From Yuukianura sp. NJ FZ-2021 (lineage: Eukaryota), in assembly GCA_046563655.1 (NCBI GenBank), contig CM102290.1:3286001-3350000 (forward strand): 64,000 nt of DNA, written 5' to 3'. A program made the translations under genes and the position numbers. The notes under the pieces are model-generated. The model saw nothing but the letters and a program-made list of their open reading frames with translations, did not search any database and was not told the origin of the DNA. Shown piece by piece: positions 26,597 through 39,264 of this stretch. Every line of letters starts with the position of its first letter. Within the stretch, counting starts at the first letter, position 1.

Positions 26597-28265
26597 ATGG
26601 AAACTGGATACGTTACCGAAATTCCGAGTTACTTGAAACAGCTTGCAAGACTCATATCCTATGCATTTTATCAAGTTGAGGACACGCTGATTGTTGACAT
26701 GCTAGTGAGACATCCATGTACGTCCGATTTTGTGAATAATTGCAATTAAATTTTACAGTGAATTTTTGGAAGGTTCCTTTGCTAATCAATCCCCATTACA
26801 TAGGTATGAAGGAGAAAGACATGGAGGAACTTCTAAAATTTGATCAGAAGTTGCTGAGGGCTCGAATGGCAACTTTGAAAAGCGAAAAGTTTGTGCAGTT
26901 GCGTCTTCGGATGGAAACTGGACCAGATGGGAAAGCACAAAAAGTCAATTACTACTTCATCAATTACAAGAGCCTTGTGAATGTCATCAAATACAAATTG
27001 GATCACATGAGAAAGAAAATGGAGACACAAGAACGAGATGCAACTAATCGTGCATCATTTAAATGTACCAACTGCCATAAATCCTTCACTGATCTAGAAG
27101 CCGGGGAGCTTTTTGATCCTATGTCAGAAGAATTCCACTGTACATTCTGCAAGCAGTTGGTTGTAGAAGATGAGTCCGCTGGTCCAAAGACTGACTCGAG
27201 ATTGATGGTAGCACGGTAAGGCCTGAAGTTTCAACTGAGTAACACTTCACGTCTCTCAAATTTAAAAGTCTGACAACTTGTGAAATATGTATTGTGTCAA
27301 ACTTGTATTTATTCCTGTATCCAGATTCAACGAACAAATGGAAATGATTTACGACTTGCTCCGAAAGGCTGAGGATATCAAGTTGGCTCCGGAGTTGTTA
27401 GAACCCGAGCCTCCAAGGAATAGCAATGACCTTGCGTATGTGCAGTTTACCATTTTATAAATGATTTTTCGTTTTTGTTTTCCTTGGCTATTTGTTCTTT
27501 GTAGAAATGAAGATGTCAAGAAAAATGTGGCAGAACGCGGCAATTGGTCCGGAGAGGCAACCCGCCTTCGTGGAATCAATGACCAAACAAGGGTTGATAT
27601 ACGAATTGGTGATGCAGCGGTGATGAAGCCAGCGCAAGAATCGAAGGAGCGCCCTATTTGGATGACTGAATCTACAATTGGTATTGACGAGGCGGTAAGC
27701 GATTTTGTTTCACGTTGCCATTGTACGTGCGGAACATTGTATTGTTGAAGGGTGAAGGAAGCCAACTTTGGTCTGGTTTATTTCTTGCAGAACTCAACGA
27801 ACTACTCTCGTCATCCTCCCGCCGAGACAGTTACTACCTCGTCTGCCGATCGCGCCGCCAAAGATGAAATTATGGCAATGCTCCTCATGTACGAAAATAA
27901 AGACAGGCAACCCAAAATTCCTGGAGATGACTCAGACGCTGAGAAGGACGGAGAAGGCAATGGGATTTTCGGTAACAATCAACGGGACTTCCATAACGGT
28001 TCGGCCATGGAAGTGGGTGATGATGGTAAGTCGCTTTACAACATTCTACTTTCTTGGACATTGTATTTTGAAAAACTGAATTGTTTGTTATTTAGTTGGT
28101 GTCATCGAAAGTGACGACGATGATCAAGTGACCCTCGTCGTGGTGGGAAAGGATAAAATCCCAATCAATGAAATAAACGATGAAATAATTGACCGAATGA
28201 CTGATGCTGAGAAGGAGGCCTACATTGAGCAGTATCAGGAAGTCTACTCTTACCTCCATGACTGA
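26597..28265 (+). CDS. GTF2E1: General transcription factor IIE subunit alpha, multi-exon
   Basis: [39 protein letters not shown], Zn ribbon [27 protein letters not shown], acidic C-terminus [11 protein letters not shown]. Confidence 0.96.
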
Positions 28266-29691
28266 ACCTAATTTACGAATTAATCTCTTCCATCAATTGA
28301 ATCCGGGTTTCTGTATTAAAGAGTTGGGTGTGTTGTCCAAAACAATACATTTTCAACTACAATTATAACTTTAAAGTCAACACGAGCGTCAATAACTACA
28401 AAACATGTGATCAGTTCCATCGTCACTTTTGTTGAAGAATGGAATTTTTAGATAGTAACCTATGAATTTTTGTACCGATCAAGAAATAAAGTGTCTACTC
28501 ATTCCGATAATTTAACTTTTGCCGTCCCCAGCTCCTTGTTATATGTGCCAGCACTATTTAGTTGGTGCACAAGTATTGCTTGGAGACAAAGGATAACAAC
28601 CGCCGCCATTGTTACAGTTTAAAATCTCCCGGTCATTGTGCCGTAGACATTGGATAAACGAGTCACAACGCAGGCGCTGAACCACGTAAATCCCACATAA
28701 ACTCCTCATGCCTTCAAGTGAGGGAGGGGCGGTAGGTCAGTGCAAAATAGGACATATACAAAATACAAATGGACAAAACGTTGAAACCAAAATATTAATA
28801 AAAATATAATAATTTTATAATAAAATAATAATATTCTGCCCCATCCTATCCAGTTCACTGATTTACAGCATTGTGTAAAATTGGTGTGATTAAGAGGTAT
28901 AAATATTAATTAACAAAGTTAAAAACAAAAAAATCAATACGTGATAGGCACGTAATTGTAAATACTAGAAACCGAAGCACCTTCCTGGTTTTGTACGGGT
29001 GATATTACCATATTTTTTAATATAAACAAAGCAGGGTATGCTATGCAGGTTGATTATAAATTAATTTATAATAATTTTTATAAATTATGGCTAAACTTAT
29101 TAAAACTTATTAGTCAATGGCAATTCGGAATTGCAATGTCAAATATTATTGTGCTTCTCATAAATAGCTAGCGAGCAGAGAGGTGCGCTGCCGAAGGGCG
29201 GATTCCGCACCCAAAATTCTACTGTAAAATTGTGAAAAAAGGCCGGGAGCGGCGGAGTACGGTTGTTGTGATTTGAAAGGTTGCCGCACCCTGACCCGTA
29301 GCACAAACGTTTACTGAGCAGAAGGTGGGTGGTTTTTGTTCTGCTGTCAATTCATTTCATTTCTGTTTTATTTCATTCAATGTAAACTCCCTTTCCGCTG
29401 CTCACTCTCTCTTCTGTCAGTTTTTTAGATCTGGACAAGGGTCGAAGTCATCGTCAAGATCAGGTCACGTCTTGGGAACAAGGAGTTTCCATCATACCCT
29501 TTGACCTAGCACCGATACTTCTGGATTCAAGGCCGACAAGAGCCGCATATAGCTGTCAACGTTACTTGAGCCTCAGTTTGTTATTACTCGACTACTAACG
29601 GGCCCGGGTTTTAGGTGGACTACTTGGCTCATTCCCTGCGACAAGACTTGAAAGGTCACAGGTTACAAATCCAAACAGCTTGACGAACAAA

Positions 29692-32600
29692 ATGCCGCCT
29701 TCCCGTGGTGATGGCATGAGAGGACTTGCGGTCTTCATCTCTGATATTAGAAACTGTAAGTACAATGCTACTTTTAGCTCTCACTGCATCAAAACCGCAA
29801 ACGTAGTTCAACCCCTGATGTCAAGGTCAATTTTCATTATTGTTGACGTGTCAAGGCAGAATAAGATGTTATGCTGCAGGTACCAATGGGGAGACGAGCT
29901 GATGTCACTACGTCGCTTCGACTTGTCCTTTTGTATTATAATGGTCAGAGCGAAAGCAGGGTGTGAGTGAGTTTTGATGAACTGTTGACCTCACAGATAA
30001 AGGGGCAGATGGGATCAAAGTCCATTGGCTAATTATTCATAGCTTCTAGATTATGTTGCTGAAACTAATTTAATTTTCTTTTCTTTTAGGTAAAAGTAAA
30101 GAAGCGGAAATAAAACGAATCAACAAAGAACTAGCAAATATAAGAAGCAAGTTCAAAGGTGACAAGACATTAGATGGATATCAGAAGAAGAAGTATGTTT
30201 GCAAGCTCCTCTTTATTTTCCTTTTGGGGCATGATATCGACTTTGGTCACATGGAAGCTGTCAATCTCCTCTCATCAAACAAATACACTGAGAAACAAAT
30301 TGTAAGCCTTCATCTGTCAGACATTTATGTAACTGATACATTGTTTCCAGAACCACAAGTATTGATTACTTCTTTTTTCTGTTTTGAAGGGTTACCTATT
30401 CATATCCGTACTAGTTAACACAAACAGTGACTTGATCAGACTTATTATTCAAAGTATCAAGAACGACTTGTCCTCGCGGAATCCTATTCATGTCAATTTA
30501 GCTTTGCAGTGCATTGCGAACATTGGAAGTAAAGAAATGGCCGAAGCATTTTCAACTGACATTCCACGTTTGCTTGTATCAGGGTACGTAATTGGCTTGG
30601 TTATGGTTCCATTTCTCGTAATTGTTCACATCTAATCACTAAATTGGTACTAATTGTTTTAAATTACTAACTTTATAGGGAGACCATTGATGTTGTCAAG
30701 CAGTCTGCGGCTCTGTGCTTACTGAGACTCTTTCGAACACATCCTGAAATCATTCCAAGTGGAGAATGGACGTCTCGAATTATTCATCTTTTGAATGATC
30801 AACACATGGGGGTCGTAACTGCTGCATCCTCGCTTATCGAAGCTCTTGTTCGTCGGTCACCGGATGAGTATAAGGGGTGTGTTTCTTTAGCTGTCTCCAG
30901 GTTGAGTCGGGTAAATCCCATGTAACTAATTGACTAGTACATGCAAAAAACAGGAAGTAAAATTAATGCGATATGTTTATGTTCCTCCCAGATCATCCCT
31001 TCAAGTTACACGGATCTGCAAGATTACACTTATTACTTTGTTCCAGCACCGTGGCTTTCTGTTAAACTTCTGAGATTGTTGCAAAATTATCCTCCTCCAG
31101 GTAAGTCAAAATTCATTATTGTTACATGAGCCGAAAAATAGGCTGAATTCGTGTTGACTAAAACTTTTTTTTTTTTAGTACTTACTGTTTTGGTTTGTTT
31201 TGTTAATTTGCAGAGGATCCAGGTGCACGCGGTCGACTAAACGAATGCTTAGAGACAATATTGAACAAAGCACAAGAGCCACCAAAATCAAAGAAAGTGC
31301 AACACTCCAATGCCAAAAATGCTGTTCTATTTGAAGCCATCAGTTTGATTATCCACTCAGATAGTGAGCCAAATCTTCTAGTACGGGCCTGTAACCAATT
31401 AGGCCAGTTCCTATCTCACAGGGAAACAAACCTTAGGTACTTGGCCTTGGAATCAATGTGCATGCTAGCAAACTCCGAATTTTCGCATGATGCAGTCAAA
31501 AAGCATCAAGATACTGTCATCCAAGCTCTCAAAGTAAGTTGACACAAATGGTTTTGATTTTGTGTAAAATATAGATAGGTTTTAATCGTTTCTTTGAATC
31601 TTTTCAGACGGAAAGAGACGTTAGCGTTCGTCAAAGGGCAGTGGATCTGCTATACGCCATGTGTGACCGAAGCAATGCAGAAGAGATTGTACAGGAAATG
31701 CTAAATTATTTGGAAACGGCCGACTATTCCATCAGGGAAGAAATGGTCTTGAAAGTTGCCATCTTGGCAGAAAAGTATGCCACGGACTACTCGTGGTACG
31801 TTGATGTCATTCTCAACCTCATTCGAATTGCTGGAGATCATGTTTCTGAAGAAGTTTGGTATCGCGTTATTCAAATCGTGGTCAATCGAGAAGACGTTCA
31901 AGGCTACGCCGCCAAGACAGTTTTTGAAGCTCTTCAAGCCCCAGCTTGTCATGAAAATATGGTCAAAGTGGGTGGATACATATTGGGTGAATTTGGGAAT
32001 CTCATCGCTGGAGACTCAAGATCCTCTCCAGCCGTGCAGTTCAGACTATTGCATTCCAAGTATCATTTATGTTCTGTGGCAACCAGGGCTCTTCTTCTCT
32101 CCACCTACGTCAAGTTTATCAATTTGTTTCCGGAAATCAAGGGACAGATCCAAGACGTCTTCCGCCAGGACAGTAACATTCGCTCTTCGGATGCCGAACT
32201 TCAGCAACGAGCGTCAGAATACTTGAAGCTAAGCGTGGTTGCCTCAACGGATGTCTTGGTATGTTTCTTCAATATTTCTTGTAAAAACGATTTTTAACTT
32301 ATTAATGTGCTTATACCATGTTTACAATTTTGAATAGGCAACGGTGCTGGAAGAAATGCCTCCATTTCCAGAAAGAGATTCCTCAATTCTTGCAATTTTG
32401 AAGAAGAAGAAGCCTGGTCGTGTGGTCGATCCAAATGAGGCACCTTCTGCCCCTGCAGCTAAAGAATCTTCTAACGTCCTTCCCGCACAACAACCAACAA
32501 CTAATGCTCCTGCTCAGCATCATAATGGACAAACTGACCTCCTTGTTGATGTTCTGGGCGATGTCTACTCAAATTCTCAGTCACAAATTAGTGGAAACAA

Positions 32601-33856
32601 AAGTATTTCGCCAGGAATTAATGCCATGCTTCAGAACAACTTCAGTGGAGGAACTGCATCCCCGATGGAACCTGTGGACAGTCTGAAAAAGCTGGTCTGG
32701 AAGAACAACGGGGTTCTCTTTGAAAGTGACTTACTTCAAATCGGAGTCAAATCTGAGTATCGTTCCAATTTGGGACGAATGACACTTTTCTACGGGAACA
32801 AGACACCACTTTCTATGCTGGTAAGTTAAAACTTTGCTTTAGTTTGTAATGGAGTATAGTATGAAGTATAACATCAAAGTCAAACTTGTGCCGTTTTTCA
32901 GTCGTTCAACCCTAACATTTCATGTGGTGGAGAGCTGGCGTCAAAAATATCCATCCAAGTAAAGCCGGTTGATGGAGTGGTAGAGGCGGGAGCACAAGTT
33001 CAGCAAATGATCAATATCGAATGTCTAGATGACTTTACGGGTACGTGTCATGACTCATGAATGTAATGGCGGTCTCTCGCTGTGCTCCAAATAGTGATGC
33101 GTTTTTCAATGCATAATGTTCCTTTGTTTTCTTCCCATTTGTCATATCCCACCCAGTACGAATTATCGGTGACGTTGAGGCGTGGATGACAACAATTTGT
33201 TTTATATCAACAAGCGTATTAGTGGAATTTATTGCGGATGTTTTATTTTTCTTTGAGACAGAATACCCTAGTCTTGTCATCAGCTTCGTCTACAACAATG
33301 CGCAGCAGAAATTGAATCTCAAACTCCCTCTGACGATAAACAAATTTTTTGAGGCTACGGATATGAATGGAGAAACTTTTTTCGCACGATGGAAAAACCT
33401 TGGAGGGTAAGCGATTGTCGTACCGATTTTTTTTTATGTGAAAACTATGGCTAAGCACTTCGCTCATTGAGATATTCTTTTGTCAGAGCTCTTCAAGAGA
33501 CTCAGAAGATTTTCAAGGCTACTCAACCAATGGACACGAGTGCCACTGCTGCAAAGCTAACGGGATTCGGGATGCAACTCTTGACTGGTATTGATCCAAA
33601 TCCAGATAACTTTGTATGTGCGGCCATTTTACACACGAAAAATCATCAGATCGGTTGCCTCCTACGCCTCGAACCAAATAAACAAGCACAGGTAAAACAA
33701 GTTTTCTTTTCAATTATGACGTACTTGGAATGAAAACTGTACAATTTGCCGTCCTCTAATTTTTTTTTTGGTTCTCAGATGTATCGTCTCACAGTTCGAG
33801 CCAGTAAAGAATCAGTGTCGAAGCAAATTGTAGAACTTCTCGGTGACTACTTTTAG
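29692..33856 (+). CDS. AP-2alpha: AP-2 complex subunit alpha (alpha-adaptin), multi-exon
   Basis: [43 protein letters not shown], trunk, hinge and ear ([31 protein letters not shown]); stop TAG at 33854-33856. Confidence 0.98.
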
Positions 33857-36469
33857 ATTATAACAATTAGAACTCAAATTAGAAAAGAAGACGTTTAGGC
33901 TAGGTGATAATGCATGTCCCTGGTTCCCAGAGGAATAAAAATCAAATGATGATGTCAATCTGTTAGCTTAATATTGTTAATTATTATGACGTTGATCCAT
34001 TGGAATTATTAGTCAAATAGGAGGCAATGGATCAACGTCGTACTGTAAGAACTCCTCTACCCCGGTGAAAATTGGAACAGCATTGTTTCCTAAATGACCC
34101 ATGTTAATAATCAGTTTGCTTAAATAACAAAACAATTGTAAATTTGAAAGCAAAAGGAATCTGATTCTCCAATTTTTGATTTTGGAATATTGAAATTGCA
34201 TACCCTAGTATACTAAAAAAATGTTTTGAATTTTGTTGTCTTTCAAACAGTGTCCAATCTCAATAATAATTTTGAAGTTCTTCACTTTTGTTTGCATGTT
34301 TTTGTTGTTTTTTTTAAATGATACTTCTACGCATGTTATTTTTTTTTGAATTAGTGTTACGAAATTTGATTTATACTAATGAAATGTCGCGGGTACGCGT
34401 GTTTCCGTGTTAAAGTTAACATGATTGATAATTGAGTGGCTAATTTTGAATTTTTTTTTAAACAAAATCACATTGAAATTGCAAGGTGCAGATTAAGTAG
34501 GGCTGGAAAGAAGCATTTCAAAATTTGATGCCATTGGCATTTGACCTGTTTTTTTTTCTGAATATTTTTCGAGTTGAACGGTTTCAGATTTCAGTTTTTT
34601 TTAAAGTTCATTTAAGATGCACTACAATTAAAATTTGAATTGATAAGGCACTAAACCATGAACTAAATTTCTAAAGTGTAATATTTCAATTCCATTTTGA
34701 TAACTTAAGCCAACTTCTGGAACAATCTTGGCACATTCTTCTGTAAGTTGCCCTTTGCCCAACCACATCCTACTTGAACATGTAAAAATGAATCAATTAC
34801 TTTTTAAATTCAATTGTATCGATAGATTCCTATCAATTTAGTATCTAATTTCTGATGACTCTGCACAAGTCAAGGGAGTTGTTGAAGAAGCAGGAAGTTC
34901 TACTGGTTTCTTGTCTTTTCTTGACCTTTGACCTTGGGCACTTCTCTCTATTGTCGGTTTTGAATCATTTTGATTAGTCAATTGAAGTTCCAGTGGCTTT
35001 TGAACAGTTGGATCATTGTGCTATTAATAAGGAGTATGACATTATGGGTTTATGCAACTCTTGTCGATCAGCGTCTCGTCAATTTGACCTTTAGAAGTAA
35101 AGGTCAGCAAGCTAAAATATATTTAGTCATTACAATGTAATTGTCTCTCCAATTGCATCTTTAACTGCTTCAACGGATGCATTCCAAGAGATAATTGTAA
35201 TTTTCAAAAAAAAATTCATTCCGTCTAATTTATACGTAATGTTCGAACGTAAAAATTTTTTCCATCTATTTTTACTCTTGTTTCGTTTTTTTTTCTTGTT
35301 TTTTTCATCGTTTTCAATGAAAGTGTAAAAATTGAAAGTTTCCTGGATTTTCATTGTTGATTGTCGGCGTAAAACCACTATGATTAACGTGAACGCGTCT
35401 TACAAAAGGGGGAAACATCTTTTCTCCCCAGTTTTTAAAAAAGGCATTTTCCAAACATAAAATTTAGAGGAAAAAGGTTTTTAAAAACGAAAAGTGTGTG
35501 GTAAAAGCGACAATGAATGGCAAACAAGAAAGTAACATGAGTAATACATTCACTAGAGTTGAATGTAAACTTCGTGTAAGAAATTTCAGAATTCAGAATT
35601 TTTTTTATAAGTGTCCAACTAAAAGTAGTTGCAGAAAATGGTGCTTTTCCGAACAACTTTTTAGTATAAATACTTTGTACTTGTAGCATGTCCAAGGCGT
35701 TCGGATTCCAAGCAAGAAAAAAGTTGTTGGTTTTTGAATTGCTGTAAATCTAAAGAACAATGGATTGTCGAAAAAGAAAACAACGTGAAACTGATTTCCC
35801 ATCTGCTGACAATCCTTACAATTCTAAAATTCGTACAACGCTTTCCACACTCCCTCTCCATAAAGAAGCGAAGCAGAAAAGTATAAGGACTTTCGAATTT
35901 TTAAAATTCAAAAGGAACTTTTGGTTCCTGCCAAGTTTGTCCAAAAATCCTGAAGAAAACAGGAGAACAATTTTTGGGGTAAAAACCGTCAAAAATTGAA
36001 TTTGTTGGAATGTTTTGTACACCTTGTCCCATTGTTTGTTGACTTGAGCGGAAGGAAATTAGAGGGGCCGAACTAGTAGTCGTGGTGCCCTTTAAGTCTT
36101 CCAAATGATCTAAAATTTTTTTTCATTTTTGAGATCACAAAAATTTCACAAAAGAAGAAAAAAAAACGTATACCCACGTGCTTGCTCGACTGGAGTATTG
36201 TTTCTCGGAGAAGCTCCATTCCCAAGATCATTTCTTCATTCAAAAACTTATTGCCATCGCCTAACGAAAAGATTTGGACATGATATACATTTTACCACTG
36301 AGAAAACGGCTTTCCCTTAGAAGGAATTAACGTACAATTTCAAAATGTTACCGCTGGGCTCCGAACCTGTCACCTGCGACCATTTGCATACAGCACTCCA
36401 GTACAGACTTAATCGGTTCGCGTAAAATCTAAGATTACAAAATTTACAAAGGCAAGCATCATGTAATCA

Positions 36470-37125
36470 TGTTTTTGGCCAAATTTTGAAAAAAAAAAAG
36501 CATGGCCTCCATTTCTTTCAAAAGGTCAATTCAAAATTGAAACTTAAAATAAAACTTGAAAAATCATAATCTTGGGAGCGGAAATCAATAACCACCTAAT
36601 CTCTTCGCGAGAAACTTTCCAAACATATGAAGAACTTTTAGAAATTTTGAAAACTCTAAAATCGAACATAAGTTTTTGGTCAATTGGTCAAATTTTGAAA
36701 AAAAAAAAAATATGGACTATAATAGTCCATGAATTTTTTCGAAATTTGGCCAAAATCTGAGGGTACCTTTTTATATTTTCTAAAAATACTCCATATTTTT
36801 GTGAATTCAGGAGTGAAGAGTTTACCTCTCTATCGCTTTCCATTCCCGAGATATGAATTTTTAAAGTTTTTGAAAATTAAAATAAAATTTTGAAAATTTA
36901 TATCTCAGGAATAGAAAGCGATAGAGACCAAATCTCTCCGCGATAAACTTTCAACAAATATGAAAAAGTTTGACAGATTTTGAAAACTCCAAAATCGAAC
37001 ATCAAGTTTTTCGTCAAATTTTAAAAAAAACCATGGATCAATTTTTTTTTTAGAATTTTGTAGTGTCCAAAAGCGAACACGAAGTTTTCGATAGATTTTG
37101 AAAATAAAAAAAACGTGGACCATTG
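36470..37125. repeat. Degenerate AT-rich repeat with direct copies and an internal ~35-bp inverted repeat (likely decayed DNA transposon)
   Basis: 36601-36717 resembles 36934-37039, with partial copies near 36470 and 37052. Hairpin arms tctctatcgctttccattcccgagatat / atatctcaggaatagaaagcgatagaga at 36827-36927. Confidence 0.65.
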
Positions 37126-39264
37126 GGTGGTCTTTTTTACTAAAGAATGACGATAATAAAGAGTGCAGAAACATGAAATAATCTGTTTGCATCCAGCAGC
37201 GAAAATTGGTAAGTATCGGTGTTTTCAATAGAAAATTTCATCGTAAAACGAAACTTCGCGTGCGTTACTTAACAAACGTGGTTAGTAACAAACGTAGAAA
37301 AATTGTGATACGATGACTCCTTCGTAGTAAAGTTGACATTAGCTAAAGTAAGTCTATTGACAAAGTTCATGATGAATCCAATTATCGCACTGGGAGCTTA
37401 CCTCAAGAGCAAGCGGAAGTCACCCTGCGCCCCGCCCAGAGTCATGATCAAAGTGAAGAAGAAAGCCAAAGTGGAGAAAGTCACATGAGGGTGTCTCGTT
37501 CTTACAAGAATTTGTAAAAAAGAAGAAAAACAATTCTTAAGATTGCCTTCCGTGAAATTGTTCGTAATTGCCCACTTTTCGTAAAATTTTGAAATTGATT
37601 AGTCAGTTAGTCGGTTCTGATTAAGTTGCAGCTTATTTAATAGAGGAAGAAAGCAAAAAATTAGTGTTCAAAACTCCCAGGGGTGAACAAAGTGCAAAGT
37701 TCCACGGAAATTGTTTGTAGTTGTAATTTCTTACAAAAATTTTGAAATGTATTTGGTTTTTGCGTAGATTTTGAATTTTTTTTAACTAAAATGTGTTCCT
37801 CCCTGAAGGGGCTGAAGTGAAAAAAAATTCCCAAAATTGTGAAGATGTTGTTGTTTGGAGGGAGGACGGTGTGAGTGTTTTGTGTATAAGGTGCTGTTGC
37901 TTTCCTGTTTTAAAACTAAAGTGAGTGCGAGACGATGAGCGGATCTTCTTTTGGAAATCTTAAAATCCATATTTGGCCAAACTCAAGCCGGTTTCTGGTG
38001 CGGTAATGAACGTAATAGTTTTGGTGTAGTGGCAGTTGACAGAGTTCAACGCGAGGTCAAGCCTCTGCCCACTTTTAGTCACCTGTCCATTTTCATCCTT
38101 TTCATCGATTTTAATCAAAAAGTAGTTGATTAATTCCCACATCGTTTCATCTGTGTCACGCAGAAACCGACGCAAAAATCAACTACGTAGTTATAATTTA
38201 AAGAACGCAAAACTTGTGAAACTTTCTAAATGGAGAAACCCGGGTACAAAAACTCAAGAAATTTTTATAACTCTTGGAAATATTCAGGAAATCTTTAATC
38301 TTTTTCGAAACTTCTCAAAACTCAGCACAGTGAAATAGCACGAATTACTTTTCAGTTTTTTGCTTTGTGATTACGCTATAGTTTACAATGTTAAAAAACT
38401 TACCTCAGATTGTCGTTTTTATCATTTGTCTCACTACAAGGTGTGAGTTAAATTAAATCATTAAATTAAATCATTTGATTAAAACATGAGGTGATTAAAA
38501 AGTGAAAATGGGGAGGAAAATTCAAAATTACTCCAAGTTTAATAACGCCCTGACCAAAAGAGGGTCGTAGGGAGTTAAGTTGGTCCACCACCAGAAAAGC
38601 ATCCGAGAACAGATTCAGTGTGTGATAAAAGTGTCGACTTTAATTTGCAAAGAACTTAACTGCAACTTCGGATCTTTTCATTGTGTCGGTCGGCGGTGGA
38701 GAGATCATCTGCTCCAGGAAAAAACTTTTCAGTCGTTCCTCTGACTTTCAACGCAAGTCATCCTCTCAGCCAGGAAGCAAAGAAGCGATTTTGTTGGTTT
38801 TGTTCAGTACAAATACTAGTACGACAAGCAGCGATGTTCATCTTGTTAGTACGGAACAGGCAGCGTTAGACACTGTGCAGACGTCGCTACATGTCATCAT
38901 CACATTCTTCATTTCAACACCCTCGGAGACTCAAGACTGATTTAAAGTTTTAAAACAATTACACTTACAGTTTCAAATTTTCAAACTTCGTTTAAAACTC
39001 ACTTTTTAGACATTAGACAAGAAATTTTTGAAATTTTTGCATTTTGGGAACCAATGGATAGGACAGAAGTGAAAGTGAAAGGAGGCTGCAGTGAAAGTAC
39101 GAAGTTTGAAAAACACGATTTGAGCAAAGTTTGTTGTTCTTGGACTTTAGTTCACCAGTTGAAGTGTTTGGTTTTCTTAACGAACTGTTAAATATTTCTA
39201 GTTTTTCAAAAAGAAGAACATTTTGAAAGTGTTGCGGGTCTGTAAACTTGTTGTGACTGAACTT

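Noticed and set aside
29970..30066. Possible C/D box snoRNA in AP-2 alpha intron 1 (TGATGA...CTGA with a short terminal stem)
   Set aside because: The D box abuts the likely branch point ~27 nt from the acceptor, and I recognised no rRNA-complementary guide.
36348..36420. tRNA or SINE-like head on the minus strand (ggttcggagccc)
   Set aside because: Imperfect B box, no cloverleaf or A box.
34600..38950. Short ORFs and exon-like patches upstream of the FGF gene
   Set aside because: They could not be joined into a consistent gene; the sequence is AT-rich and partly repetitive.
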